NCBI RefSeq assembly: GCF_028368995.1
Contig: NZ_JAQNDL010000003.1
Location: forward strand, 384,001-448,000
Reading direction: 5' to 3'
Origin: Nannocystis bainbridge
GTDB lineage: Bacteria; Myxococcota_A; Polyangia; Nannocystales; Nannocystaceae
DNA length: 64,000 nt
Below are positions 9,612 to 20,356 of the stretch, in pieces; position 1 is the stretch's first letter, and each line of letters begins with the position of its first letter. A program made the position numbers and the translations under genes. The notes under the pieces were generated by a model. That model searched no databases, was not told the origin of the DNA, and was given only the letters and a program-made list of their open reading frames with translations.

Positions 9612-9621
9612 TCCGCACGCC

Positions 9622-10230
9622 TCACCGGCTCGTACGCGGCCGGGCCAGCGCCCCGTGCAGCAGCAGGTCGACCAGCTGTTGCAGCCAGGCCTCGTCGAGC
9701 GGCTCGCGCTCGAAGAACAGCCGCCGGTTGAGCGCCGCGCCGAGCACGTCGAACAGCAGCTTCGGGTCGACCCCGGGCGCCAGCTCGCCGCGCCTGTCGG
9801 CCGCCTCGAGGATCGCCCGCGGCACCGCCTCGAAGCTCGTGCGCAGCGAGCGGACGATCGCCACCAGCTCCGGGTCGCCGCCCTCGACCACGAACAGGCG
9901 GTACAGCCCCTGGTACTCCGCCTGCGCCCCGAGCGACGCGATCCGGCGCGCGATCGCCAGCAGGTCCTCGCGCAGCGAGCCGGCGTCGGCGACCGTCAAC
10001 GCCGCGCCCGCGATCGACAGCAGCGCGTCGCGGACCAGCTCCTGCTTGGTCGGCCAGCGCCGGTACACGGTCGTCTTGTTGACCCCCGCCAGCGCCGCCA
10101 CGTCCTCGATCCTCAGCCCGTGGTAGCCGGCCCGCGCGGCCTCGCGCAGCGTCGCCGCGAGCACCCCGCGCACGACCGCCTCGCCGCGCACCAGCGGCTC
10201 CGATTTGCCCTTCCGCCTCGCCTGGACCAC
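9622..10230 (-). CDS. TetR/AcrR family transcriptional regulator
   Basis: HTH IEDVAALAGVNKTTVYRRWPTK. Confidence 0.93.
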   Translation of the reverse strand: MVQARRKGKSEPLVRGEAVVRGVLAATLREAARAGYHGLRIEDVAALAGVNKTTVYRRWPTKQELVRDALLSIAGAALTVADAGSLREDLLAIARRIASLGAQAEYQGLYRLFVVEGGDPELVAIVRSLRTSFEAVPRAILEAADRRGELAPGVDPKLLFDVLGAALNRRLFFEREPLDEAWLQQLVDLLLHGALARPRTSR

Positions 10231-10268
10231 GCGCCCGCCCAGCCTATCACCGCGCTCGTCCGCTCATC

Positions 10269-10329
10269 GCAACAATTTGTTGCCATCCCCTCGCGGCGTG
10301 TCACCCTACGATCGCAACAAATCGTTGCG
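10269..10329. promoter_or_regulatory. Two palindromic operators, probable binding sites of the adjacent TetR
   Basis: GCAACAA-T-TTGTTGC 10269-10283 (perfect) and CGCAACAAATCGTTGCG 10313-10329 between divergent tetR and P450. Confidence 0.75.
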
Positions 10330-10337
10330 GTACCGCC

Positions 10338-11579
10338 ATGACCGACACCCACGACCTTTTCAGCCCCGCCATGCTCGCCGACCCGTACCCCGTCTACGCC
10401 CGCCTGCGCGAGCAGGCCCCGGTGCTGCACGTGCCGCAGATCGGCATGTGGCTGGTGACGCGCTACGACCACGTCCAGCACATCCTCAAGTCCCCCGACC
10501 TCTTCTCTTCCTCGCGCACGCCGGCGCTCGAGCAGCTGCGGGACCCCCGGCTCACCGAGGGCGTGGAGATGCTGGCCAGCAGCTCGCTCGTCGCCCTCGA
10601 CCCGCCCGATCACACCCGGCTGCGGCGGCTCGTCAACGTCGCCTTCACCCCGCGGGCGGTCCAAAGCCTCGAGACGAGGATCCGCCAGCTCGCGCGCGAG
10701 CTCGTCGACGAGCTCGCGCGCAAGGACAGCTTCGACCTCATGGAGGACCTCGCCGTCCCGCTGCCGGTGATCGTGATCAGCGAGCTGCTCGGCGTCGACC
10801 CGGCGCGGCGCGTCGAGTTCAAGCGCTGGTCGGACGACCTGCTCCTCGGCTCGCGGCTCGACGGGCACCTCGACACCGCGGAGATCGATCGCGTCGTCGC
10901 CAGTCGCCGCGAGTTCATCGCGTTCTTCCACGCGATGATCGAGCACCGCCGCCGCGCGCCCGGTGACGACCTGCTGAGCGACCTGGTGCGCGCCGAGGCC
11001 GAGCGCGACGCGCTGACCGCCGAGGAGGTGCTGACGATGGCGCTGCTGCTGATGGTCGCCGGCAACGAGACCACCACCAACCTGATCGGCAACGGCGTCG
11101 TCGCCCTGCTCGAGCACCCGGACGTGCTCCCGCGCCTGCGCGCCGAGCCGGCGCGGATCCCCGCCTTCCTCGAGGAGGTCCTGCGCTGGCGCTCACCGGT
11201 CGTCATGCTGGTGCGCACGACCCGGCGCCCCGTCACCCTCGGCGACGTCGAGGTGCCGAAGGACGCCGTGCTCGGCGTCCTCGTCGACGCGGCCAACCAT
11301 GACCCGGCGCAGTTCCCCGAGCCGGCGCGCTTCGACATCGAGCGTCAGCCGGCCCACCTCTCGTTCGGCCACGGCATCCACTTCTGCGTCGGCGCCCCGC
11401 TGTCGCGCCTCGAAGGGCGGGTCGTCTTCGAGGAGCTGCTCGCGCGCGTGCCCGCCTTCACGCGCGAGCCCGGGCCGCTCGAGTGGGCGCCGAGCTTCGG
11501 CCTGCGCGGCCTGAAGCGCCTCGTGCTGCGCCGCGGCGAGCCGCTCAGCGCTGCAGCGTCACGCGGAAGTACGGCATGA
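10338..11579 (+). CDS. Cytochrome P450
   Basis: DPPDHTRLRR, AGNETT I-helix, EEVLR, FGHGIHFCVG heme motif. Confidence 0.96.
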   Translation: MTDTHDLFSPAMLADPYPVYARLREQAPVLHVPQIGMWLVTRYDHVQHILKSPDLFSSSRTPALEQLRDPRLTEGVEMLASSSLVALDPPDHTRLRRLVNVAFTPRAVQSLETRIRQLARELVDELARKDSFDLMEDLAVPLPVIVISELLGVDPARRVEFKRWSDDLLLGSRLDGHLDTAEIDRVVASRREFIAFFHAMIEHRRRAPGDDLLSDLVRAEAERDALTAEEVLTMALLLMVAGNETTTNLIGNGVVALLEHPDVLPRLRAEPARIPAFLEEVLRWRSPVVMLVRTTRRPVTLGDVEVPKDAVLGVLVDAANHDPAQFPEPARFDIERQPAHLSFGHGIHFCVGAPLSRLEGRVVFEELLARVPAFTREPGPLEWAPSFGLRGLKRLVLRRGEPLSAAASRGSTA

Positions 11580-12252
11580 TCGCCTTCCAGTCCTGCTGGA
11601 TGGCGCGGGTGTCGCCGTACGGGTACTCCGTGCGGGCGATGTAGAGCACGTCGCCGTACGGGAACATGAACTGCTGGATCTCGCGGGTCGCGTTGCCCGA
11701 CTCGTCGGTCACCTGCAGCTTGGCGTAGATGCCGGTCTTGTCGAAGTAACCGTCGTTGAACGACAGGTCCTCGATGCTGAGGCCGGCCTCCTGGTACTGG
11801 TTGCGGTAGTAGGCCACCGCGCGCTCGTCGACCGGGCGCTCTTTCGGCGCCAGGTAGAACGTCAGCGCGATCGCCTCGCTGTCCGACGAAGCGCTGGCGC
11901 CGAGGTCCTCGTCGGAGCTCGACACGGCGCCGCCGGACGAGCAGGACGCCACCGTCACCCACCCCGGGTTGCTCTCGAGCTCACCCTTCGAGTGGCCGGT
12001 CTCCTCGCAGTTCTTGAACACGTACAGCGTGTCGGGGATCTCGAACTCGAGCCCGATCTGCGGGATCTTGATGGTGTTGCCCTCTTTCTTCCCGCTGGTC
12101 GGATTGTCGATCCACTGCCGGGCCGCGGACTGCTTCCCCTTGCGCCGGGAGCTGCTGCCGCCGCAACCGGCCGCCGTGAGCGAACCGGCCGCCACAGCCA
12201 GCGCGAGAGCAAAGGACACGTTCTTGGGGAAGCTGCGAGAGAGAGACATCAT
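11545..12252 (-). CDS. Hypothetical lipoprotein
   Basis: Signal peptide with lipobox AAGC; strong codon bias; 3' end overlaps P450 3' end by 35 bp. Confidence 0.75.
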   Translation of the reverse strand: MMSLSRSFPKNVSFALALAVAAGSLTAAGCGGSSSRRKGKQSAARQWIDNPTSGKKEGNTIKIPQIGLEFEIPDTLYVFKNCEETGHSKGELESNPGWVTVASCSSGGAVSSSDEDLGASASSDSEAIALTFYLAPKERPVDERAVAYYRNQYQEAGLSIEDLSFNDGYFDKTGIYAKLQVTDESGNATREIQQFMFPYGDVLYIARTEYPYGDTRAIQQDWKAIMPYFRVTLQR

Positions 12253-12432
12253 GGCTGCTGAAAACCGCTCGCGCGCACAGTACCCAAGTGCGTCCCGGGC
12301 GGCAAGCGCTCGCCCGCTCGCTGCCCGCGCCGCCTCGGGCGCTCGCCTCTCGCCGGTGTCACCGGCTCGTCACGCAGGTCCTCCGCCTGCGAGCGTCCGC
12401 ATGCGTGCGCGGGCCCAGGGGCGCGTGCACGC

Positions 12433-14055
<1,623 letters not shown>

Positions 14056-14074
14056 GTCCCTATCCTCCCTGTCC

Positions 14075-14806
14075 TCAAAACCATGCCTGGTAGGCCAGCG
14101 TCACGTTGAGGAGCATGTCGAACACCACGCTGTCCGGCGGCGTGCCGACCGGCGCGGCCGGGTCGACCACCACCCGCGTGCGTGAGAACGCCTTCTGGAA
14201 ATCGACCCCGAGCGCGAGCCCGTGGTTGTTGCGGATCGGCACGCCGATGCTGGCCCCGACGCGGATCAGCGGGTCGTAGGCGACGGTCTGCTCGTCCTCC
14301 CACGGGTTGGCCGACCGCATGCGCCGCCAGTTGGAGATCATCAGCCCCGCGCCGGCCCCGAACTCGATCACCAGCACCCGCGCCGGGATCTGAAAGGATG
14401 GCCCGAGCGTCAGGTCGGTGTGAGACAGCGACGAGACCCGCGTCACCTGCTGACCGATCGGCGCGCCCGTGTTCGGATCGATCGGCGTGGTCGGATCGGC
14501 CGGCACGGTGAAGCGGTTGCGATCGGGGAAGCGGGTGTGCCCGCCCTGGAACTCGAAGCCGAACCGCATCGGCCCGAGGCGCAGCGCGTGGTAGCGCAGG
14601 GCGATGCCGAAGCCGAACCCGAGCGGCGGCCGGCGATCGAACAAGACGTCGCCGGCGCCGATCAGGATGCCCATGCGGCCGATGATCGACACCCCGAACA
14701 CCCGCTTCTTCTCGGCGATGTCGAGCACCGTGTTGCCGCGCGGCGCGGGCAGACCCGAGGCGCCGTAGGCGAGACACGTGGCCAGGAGCGCCGCCAGAGG
14801 AAGCAT
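14075..14806 (-). CDS. Secreted protein, probable outer-membrane beta-barrel
   Basis: Signal peptide MLPLAALLATCLAYG; beta-strand pattern; C-terminal YQAWF. Confidence 0.7.
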   Translation of the reverse strand: MLPLAALLATCLAYGASGLPAPRGNTVLDIAEKKRVFGVSIIGRMGILIGAGDVLFDRRPPLGFGFGIALRYHALRLGPMRFGFEFQGGHTRFPDRNRFTVPADPTTPIDPNTGAPIGQQVTRVSSLSHTDLTLGPSFQIPARVLVIEFGAGAGLMISNWRRMRSANPWEDEQTVAYDPLIRVGASIGVPIRNNHGLALGVDFQKAFSRTRVVVDPAAPVGTPPDSVVFDMLLNVTLAYQAWF

Positions 14807-14852
14807 GCGAGGGGCACCATAGCAAAACTTTTTCGCGCATAATCCCCCGCGC

Positions 14853-15995
14853 ATGACCACTCGCGTCGCACTCCGGCGAGACGCCGGCCGGATCGGCCCC
14901 GAGACCGGGCCGTGGATCCGTCAGCGCCAGGTCGCCAAGATCTGGGGACCCCCGGACCCCGCGAGCCTCGCGCAGCTCGTCGACCACCGCGACGTCGTCC
15001 TCGGCTGGGGCCTGCTCGCCGTCGACGCCGACATCCCGCTGCGCGTCGTCAGCTGGGGCACCGCGCCGCCCGACGCGGGCTGGTTCGAGCGCAGGCTCGC
15101 GGCCGCCCTCGCCGCCCGCGCCGAGCTCGGCCTCGCCGCCGATCCCGGCACCACCGCCTATCGCGAGGTCAACAGCGAGGGCGACGGCCTGCCTGGCCTC
15201 GTCGTCGACCGCTACGGCGACGACCGCGTGGTCCAGCTCGGCACCACCGCGGTCGCCGCTCGCCGCGCCGCGATCCTCGAGTTCCTGCGCCCGCGCACCC
15301 CCGGCCGCCTGTTCGTGATCGCCGACGAGGCCGCGACCGACGAGCCCGAGGCCGCGCTCGAGTTCCAGGAACATGGCCTTTGGTTCAGCTGCCCGGCCCC
15401 GCCGGCGCAGAAGACCGGGGCCTACCTCGATCAGCGCGACAACCGCCGCCTGGCCGCTCAGCTCGCCGTGCGCGCCGCCGGCCCCATGCTCGACCTCGGC
15501 TGTCACGTCGGCGGCTTCGTCGTGCACGCGGCCGCCGCCGGGATCGCCGCCGTCGGCCTCGACCAGAGCGCGCGCGCCCTCGATTTCGCCCGCCGCAACG
15601 CCGCCCGCAACGACCTGGCCGATCGGACAGCCTTCGTCCAGGCCGACATGTTCGGCGCCCTCGATCACCCCGACCTGGCCGGGCCGTTCGGCGTGATCGT
15701 GTTCGACCCGCCGCGGATCGCCACCGGCTCGCAGGGGCGCGAGCGCGCCGTAGGAGCCATGGCCCGCAGCCTCGGCCGCCTGCTCCCGCGCCTGCAGCCC
15801 GGCGGGTTCCTGCTGGCCTGCAGCTGCTCGCACCACGTCGGCCGCGCCGACCTCGACGCCGCGCTCCTGGCCGCCGGCGCCCGCGACCTGGCCCGCGTGC
15901 ACGCCGTCGGCCCCGGCCCCGACCACCCCGTCTGGCCCGGCCACGCCGAGGGCGAGTACCTGCGCGTCAACGTCTACCAGCGCCGCGCCGTCTGA
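14853..15995 (+). CDS. Class I SAM-dependent rRNA methyltransferase, RlmI-like
   Basis: YREVNSEGDGLPGLVVDRY, QKTGAYLDQRDNRR, VFDPP, ACSCSHH, PDHP, YL. Confidence 0.85.
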   Translation: MTTRVALRRDAGRIGPETGPWIRQRQVAKIWGPPDPASLAQLVDHRDVVLGWGLLAVDADIPLRVVSWGTAPPDAGWFERRLAAALAARAELGLAADPGTTAYREVNSEGDGLPGLVVDRYGDDRVVQLGTTAVAARRAAILEFLRPRTPGRLFVIADEAATDEPEAALEFQEHGLWFSCPAPPAQKTGAYLDQRDNRRLAAQLAVRAAGPMLDLGCHVGGFVVHAAAAGIAAVGLDQSARALDFARRNAARNDLADRTAFVQADMFGALDHPDLAGPFGVIVFDPPRIATGSQGRERAVGAMARSLGRLLPRLQPGGFLLACSCSHHVGRADLDAALLAAGARDLARVHAVGPGPDHPVWPGHAEGEYLRVNVYQRRAV

Positions 15996-16001
15996 CCCTG
16001 C

Positions 16002-16138
16002 GGACATGCCCGCCCAGACATGTTTCTAAAAGCATGCCCGATCGGACATGTCCTTCAGTGCATGTTTCGAACCAGCGGTCGCTGTTGAGTATGCCCGATC
16101 GGGCATGTCCTTCAGTTCATGTCCATGCGGACATGCCC
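16002..16138. repeat. 14-bp-period RRRCATGYYY array (5+4 units)
   Basis: Units at 16002, 16016, 16030, 16044, 16058, then 16087, 16101, 16115, 16129; ~32-bp internal direct duplication at a 57-bp offset. Confidence 0.92.
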
Positions 16139-16281
16139 GGCCGTGCCCACCTATTCGGCCGCTCGGCGCTCGCCCCGATCCGGCGGTCGCTATTCACCCC
16201 GCCGCGCGACGCATCGTCGTCGACCGCCGTCCATCGCTGAACTGTCGCCGTGTGGCGCGAGCGCTCGGCCAGCGCCACGAT

Positions 16282-16319
16282 CGACATGCTCCTCAAGACA
16301 TGCCCGCGAGGCCATGTCC
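16282..16319. repeat. 14-bp-period decamer array (3 units)
   Basis: CGACATGCTC 16282, AGACATGCCC 16296, GGCCATGTCC 16310. Confidence 0.85.
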
Positions 16320-16334
16320 CAGGGACCAACCCGC

Positions 16335-17402
16335 TCACAGCCCTTCGACGGGCGCCAGCGTGACCGAGCGCAGCGGCTCGCCGGCGCGCTGGACCTGCAG
16401 CTCGATCGGCCCGTCGACACCGATCAGCTGCGTCAGATACGCCACCTCGGACACCCGGCTGACCGCACGGCCCGCGACCGAGAGGATGAAGTCGTCGACC
16501 TGCAGCCCGGCCTTGGCGCCCGGGCCGGCCGCCTCGACGCGCGTCACCTTGACCGTCGCCATGCGCCCGGGGAACTCGTCGTCGTCGACCGCGCGGATGC
16601 CGAGGCGGACCCGGCGGAAGCGGCCGTGCGTCAGCACCTCTTCGAGGTAGCGGCGGACCATCGGCGCCGGCACGGCGAAGCCGATCCCCGTGCCCTCGCC
16701 GCGGACCGCGGTGGCGATCCCCAGCACCTCGCCGCGCAGGTCGACGATCGGCCCGCCCGAGCTGCCGGTGTTGATCGACGCGTCGGTCTGCACGAAGCTG
16801 AAGAACCCGTCCTGCGGCAGATCTTCCGGCTTGCCGACGTCGCTCCAGTCGCGCCCGAGGCCCGACACCACGCCGACCGTCACCGTGTCACCGAGGCCGA
16901 ACGGGTGGCCGACGGCCAGCACCCACTCGCCCGGGCGCACCGGTCGCTCGCGGAACACCACCGGCGCCTGATCGACGCGAGGCGGCTCGGGGGCGATCAC
17001 CGCCAGGTCGAGCAGCGGTTCGCGGTGGATCACTTGCGCCCGCACCCGCTCCTGATTGGCGTACTCGACGTCGATCGCGCTGGCGGTGAGCGGCACCACG
17101 TGGGCGTTCGTCACCACCAGCCCGTCGGCGCGCACGACCGTGCCGCTGCCGACCCCTCGCTTGGATCGGCCGGTCGCCTGCGGCAGCGTGCAGATCACGC
17201 TGACCACCGACGGGGCGATCTGCTCGGTCACCGCCGCGAAGTCGGGCAGCGCCGCGGGCGGCCGCGGCGGTCGCACTTGTGGCGGGCCCGGCGTGGGCTC
17301 GGCTCGCGGGCTGTCCGCAGGGACAGGTGAGGGCGCGTGCTCGTCGTCGAGCGGTCGGCACGCGACGAGCGCGACCAACCCGACGACCACCGACGCCCGC
17401 AC
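16335..17402 (-). CDS. HtrA/DegP-family serine protease with one PDZ domain, lipoprotein
   Basis: TNAHVV, DLAVI, QTDASINTGSSGGP, C-terminal PDZ; LVAC lipobox. Confidence 0.92.
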   Translation of the reverse strand: MRASVVVGLVALVACRPLDDEHAPSPVPADSPRAEPTPGPPQVRPPRPPAALPDFAAVTEQIAPSVVSVICTLPQATGRSKRGVGSGTVVRADGLVVTNAHVVPLTASAIDVEYANQERVRAQVIHREPLLDLAVIAPEPPRVDQAPVVFRERPVRPGEWVLAVGHPFGLGDTVTVGVVSGLGRDWSDVGKPEDLPQDGFFSFVQTDASINTGSSGGPIVDLRGEVLGIATAVRGEGTGIGFAVPAPMVRRYLEEVLTHGRFRRVRLGIRAVDDDEFPGRMATVKVTRVEAAGPGAKAGLQVDDFILSVAGRAVSRVSEVAYLTQLIGVDGPIELQVQRAGEPLRSVTLAPVEGL

Positions 17403-17408
17403 GCGCGC

Positions 17409-18005
17409 TCAGCCCTCGTCGTTGGCGTCGCCAGCGTCGACCACGTCGCTCGCCGGAGCCTCGGGCTCGCTGGGCTCGCTCGCGGGCTCGGCAGCGGCAG
17501 GCTCGGGCTCGGCAGCGACGGGCTCGGGCTCGGCAGCGACGGGCTCGGGCTCGGCAGCGACGGGCGCGGGCTCGGCAGCGACGGGCTCGGCAGCGACAGG
17601 CGCGGGCTCGGCAGCGACAGGCGCGGCAGCAGCCGGCGCGGGCGCGGCAGCGGCGGCAGCGGCGGGCGCGGCGGCGACGTCATCGGCCTCGTCGGCCTCG
17701 TCAGCCTCACCGGCCTCGTCGCCGTCGTCCTCGTCCTCATCGTCGTAGTCGTCGTCCTCGTCGTCCTCGTCGAACGGCGCGCTGACCAGCGGACGCGTGG
17801 GAGAAATCACGGGGAACCGCGGCGCAGCGGCGCGCCGCGCCTCACGCTCCTCGTCCTCGAAGCTCACCGTGGCGACGTTGTCGGCCGCGTCGGGGAGCGT
17901 CTTGAGCCACTCCTCGTAGCGTTCCTTGGTGATGAGCCCACCGCGGATGTTGCGGCGGACGGTGCGGAGGTCGAAGAGCCGTTCGAGCTGGCGCGGGGCA
18001 ACCAT
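17409..18005 (-). CDS. Hypothetical protein: small N-terminal domain plus acidic and PVAAEPE low-complexity tail
   Basis: RLFDLRTVRRNIRGGLITKERYEEWLKTLPD; D/E run; tandem PVAAEP(A/E). Confidence 0.7.
   Translation of the reverse strand: MVAPRQLERLFDLRTVRRNIRGGLITKERYEEWLKTLPDAADNVATVSFEDEEREARRAAAPRFPVISPTRPLVSAPFDEDDEDDDYDDEDEDDGDEAGEADEADEADDVAAAPAAAAAAAPAPAAAAPVAAEPAPVAAEPVAAEPAPVAAEPEPVAAEPEPVAAEPEPAAAEPASEPSEPEAPASDVVDAGDANDEG
17490..17625 (-). repeat. Coding tandem repeat (15-21 bp units, PVAAEPE)
   Basis: Repeated ggctcgggctcggcagcgac units. Confidence 0.8.
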
Positions 18006-18362
18006 GCGGCGGACCTTTTAGAACACCGGCCGCCGTCCGTCAAACCCGCGCGTGTGCGCTGGTGCGCGGCCGCCGGCCCGTTCGCCGCCGGCGGCCGGAA
18101 ATCGCCGCGAAACCCGGCCCGTGCGTGACACCGATCTCCCGCCCGGCGGGTCCGGACCGGGAGCGAGCGTCCCGCTGCGGCATCCGCGAGTCGGCGCTCG
18201 GCACCCGAAAACTCCGCGCCCGCGCGCCGGCCTGCGGACCCGCAGACCGGGAAATAACCGGCCACTTTGCCTGGTAGGCGGCCGGGCGTATAGATCCGGC
18301 GCACCACGGGTCGCGCCGCCCGCCGCGGCCCCCCTCGCCTCCAGCCACAGCAAGCGACAGCC

Positions 18363-19370
18363 ATGACCGTAGGAGCCTACGACATCCGCGTGATCAACGA
18401 CCTCGTCGAGCGCGAGAGCGCCTTCGTCGAGCGCCTCATGACCGAGGTCCACAAGGTCATCGTCGGCCAGGACGAGATGATCGAGCGCGTCTTCATGGGC
18501 CTCTTGTGCCACGGCCACGTCCTCCTCGAGGGCGCCCCCGGCCTGGCCAAGACGCTCACCGTCAGCACCCTCGCCCGCTGCCTCCACATGGAGTTCAAGC
18601 GGGTCCAGTTCACGCCCGACCTGCTGCCGTCCGACGTCCTCGGCACCGTCATCTACAACCATCAGACCGGCAACTTCACCAACCGCAAGGGCCCGGTCTT
18701 CACCAACCTGCTGCTCGCCGACGAGATCAACCGGGCCCCGGCCAAGGTCCAGAGCGCGCTGCTCGAGGCGATGGCCGAGCGCCAGGTGACGATCGGCGAC
18801 ACCAGCTACCCGCTGCCGAAGCCGTTCCTGGTGCTGGCGACCCAAAACCCGATCGAGCAGGAGGGCACCTACACCCTGCCCGAGGCCCAGCTCGACCGCT
18901 TCATGTTCAAGATCAAGGTCGGCTACCCGACCGCCGAGCAGGAGCTGCAGATCATGCAGCGCATCGGCGGCGCCGCCAGCACCGCCAAGGTCGAGATCCA
19001 GCCGGTGATCAGCCCCGACGACATCGCCCAGGTCCAGCAGACCATGGACCGCATGATCGTCGAGCAGCCGGTCCAGAAGTACATCGTCGACGTCGTCGCC
19101 GCGACCCGCACGCCCGGCGCCGTCGGCCTCGAGAAGCTGGCCCCGTTCATCGACTTCGGCGCCTCGCCGCGCGCCACGATCGCCCTGTTCCAGGCCGCGC
19201 GCGCCCACGCCTTCATGCGCCACCGCGGCTACGTCAGCCCCGAGGACATCAAGGCCGTCGCGCCCGACATCCTGCGCCACCGCATCATCCTCTCTTACGA
19301 GGCCGAGGCCGAGGGCAAGACCGTCGAGGAGGTCGTGCGCGCGATCCTCGAGCACGTGCAGGTCCCGTAG
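18363..19370 (+). CDS. moxR: MoxR family AAA+ ATPase
   Basis: HVLLEGAPGLAKT, RVQFTPDLLPSD, ADEINRAPAKVQSALLEAM, TQNPIEQEGTY, GASPRA. Confidence 0.96.
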   Translation: MTVGAYDIRVINDLVERESAFVERLMTEVHKVIVGQDEMIERVFMGLLCHGHVLLEGAPGLAKTLTVSTLARCLHMEFKRVQFTPDLLPSDVLGTVIYNHQTGNFTNRKGPVFTNLLLADEINRAPAKVQSALLEAMAERQVTIGDTSYPLPKPFLVLATQNPIEQEGTYTLPEAQLDRFMFKIKVGYPTAEQELQIMQRIGGAASTAKVEIQPVISPDDIAQVQQTMDRMIVEQPVQKYIVDVVAATRTPGAVGLEKLAPFIDFGASPRATIALFQAARAHAFMRHRGYVSPEDIKAVAPDILRHRIILSYEAEAEGKTVEEVVRAILEHVQVP

Positions 19371-19378
19371 CCGCCGCC

Positions 19379-20356
19379 ATGGCCCGCCCGTCCGCCGATA
19401 AGTCGCCGCCGAGCCGGAGCGACGCCGAGGCCGCGAAGGAGCGCACCACCCAGCTCCTGCGCGAGATCCGTCGCATCGAGATCCAGACCTCGCGGCTCGT
19501 CAACCAGCACCTCGCCGGCTCGTACCAGTCGGTGTTCAAGGGCCAGGGCGTCGCCTTCTCCGAGGTCCGCGCCTACACCCCCGGCGACGACGTGCGCGCG
19601 ATCGACTGGAACGTCACCGCGCGCACCGGCGAGCCCCACGTCAAGCTGTTCACCGAGGAGCGCGAGCTCACCGTCATGCTCGTCGTCGACATGTCGGGCA
19701 GCCTCGACCTCGGCTCGCGCGACTACGACAAGCGCCAGCTGGTGGCCCGCCTGGCCGCCACCTTCGCCTTCTCGGCGATCCGCAACAACGACCGCGTCGG
19801 CCTGATCGGCTTCACCGACGGCGTCGAGGTGTTCGTCCCGCCGCGCAGCGGTCGCAAGCACGTGCTCGCGGTCGTGCAGCAGGTGCTGACCCACGTGCCG
19901 CAGAGCCGGGCCACCCGCGTCGCCAGCGGCCTCGAATACCTGGCGCGGCTCGGTCAGCGCCACACCGTCGCCATCCTCATCAGCGACTTCGTCGACGCCG
20001 TCCCCGACGACGCCCCCGAGGCCGCCCGCGCCTTCGAGCACGCGCTCAAGATGGTGCGCCGCCGCCACGACCTGATCCCGATTCGCGTCGAGGATCCGCT
20101 CGAGCTCGAGCTGCCGGCCCTTGGCCTCGTCGCCCTCGAGGACCTCGAGCTGCTCGGCCTCGGCGGCGACAGCTTCCTCGACCTCAGCCCGCGACGGGCA
20201 AAAAAATACCGCGCCCGCGTCGACGCCGAGCGCGCCCGCCTCGACCAACTGCTGCGCAAGCTCAGCCTCGACAGCATGTCGATCCGCTGCGGCGACAACT
20301 GGCAGCAGCCCCTCGTCAACTTCTTCGCCCGTCGGGCCCGGAGGATGCGCCGGTGA
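19379..20356 (+). CDS. DUF58 domain protein (VWA-like MoxR partner)
   Basis: FSEVRAYTPGDDVRAIDWNVTAR, EERE, VDMSGS, ILISDF. Confidence 0.93.
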   Translation: MARPSADKSPPSRSDAEAAKERTTQLLREIRRIEIQTSRLVNQHLAGSYQSVFKGQGVAFSEVRAYTPGDDVRAIDWNVTARTGEPHVKLFTEERELTVMLVVDMSGSLDLGSRDYDKRQLVARLAATFAFSAIRNNDRVGLIGFTDGVEVFVPPRSGRKHVLAVVQQVLTHVPQSRATRVASGLEYLARLGQRHTVAILISDFVDAVPDDAPEAARAFEHALKMVRRRHDLIPIRVEDPLELELPALGLVALEDLELLGLGGDSFLDLSPRRAKKYRARVDAERARLDQLLRKLSLDSMSIRCGDNWQQPLVNFFARRARRMRR

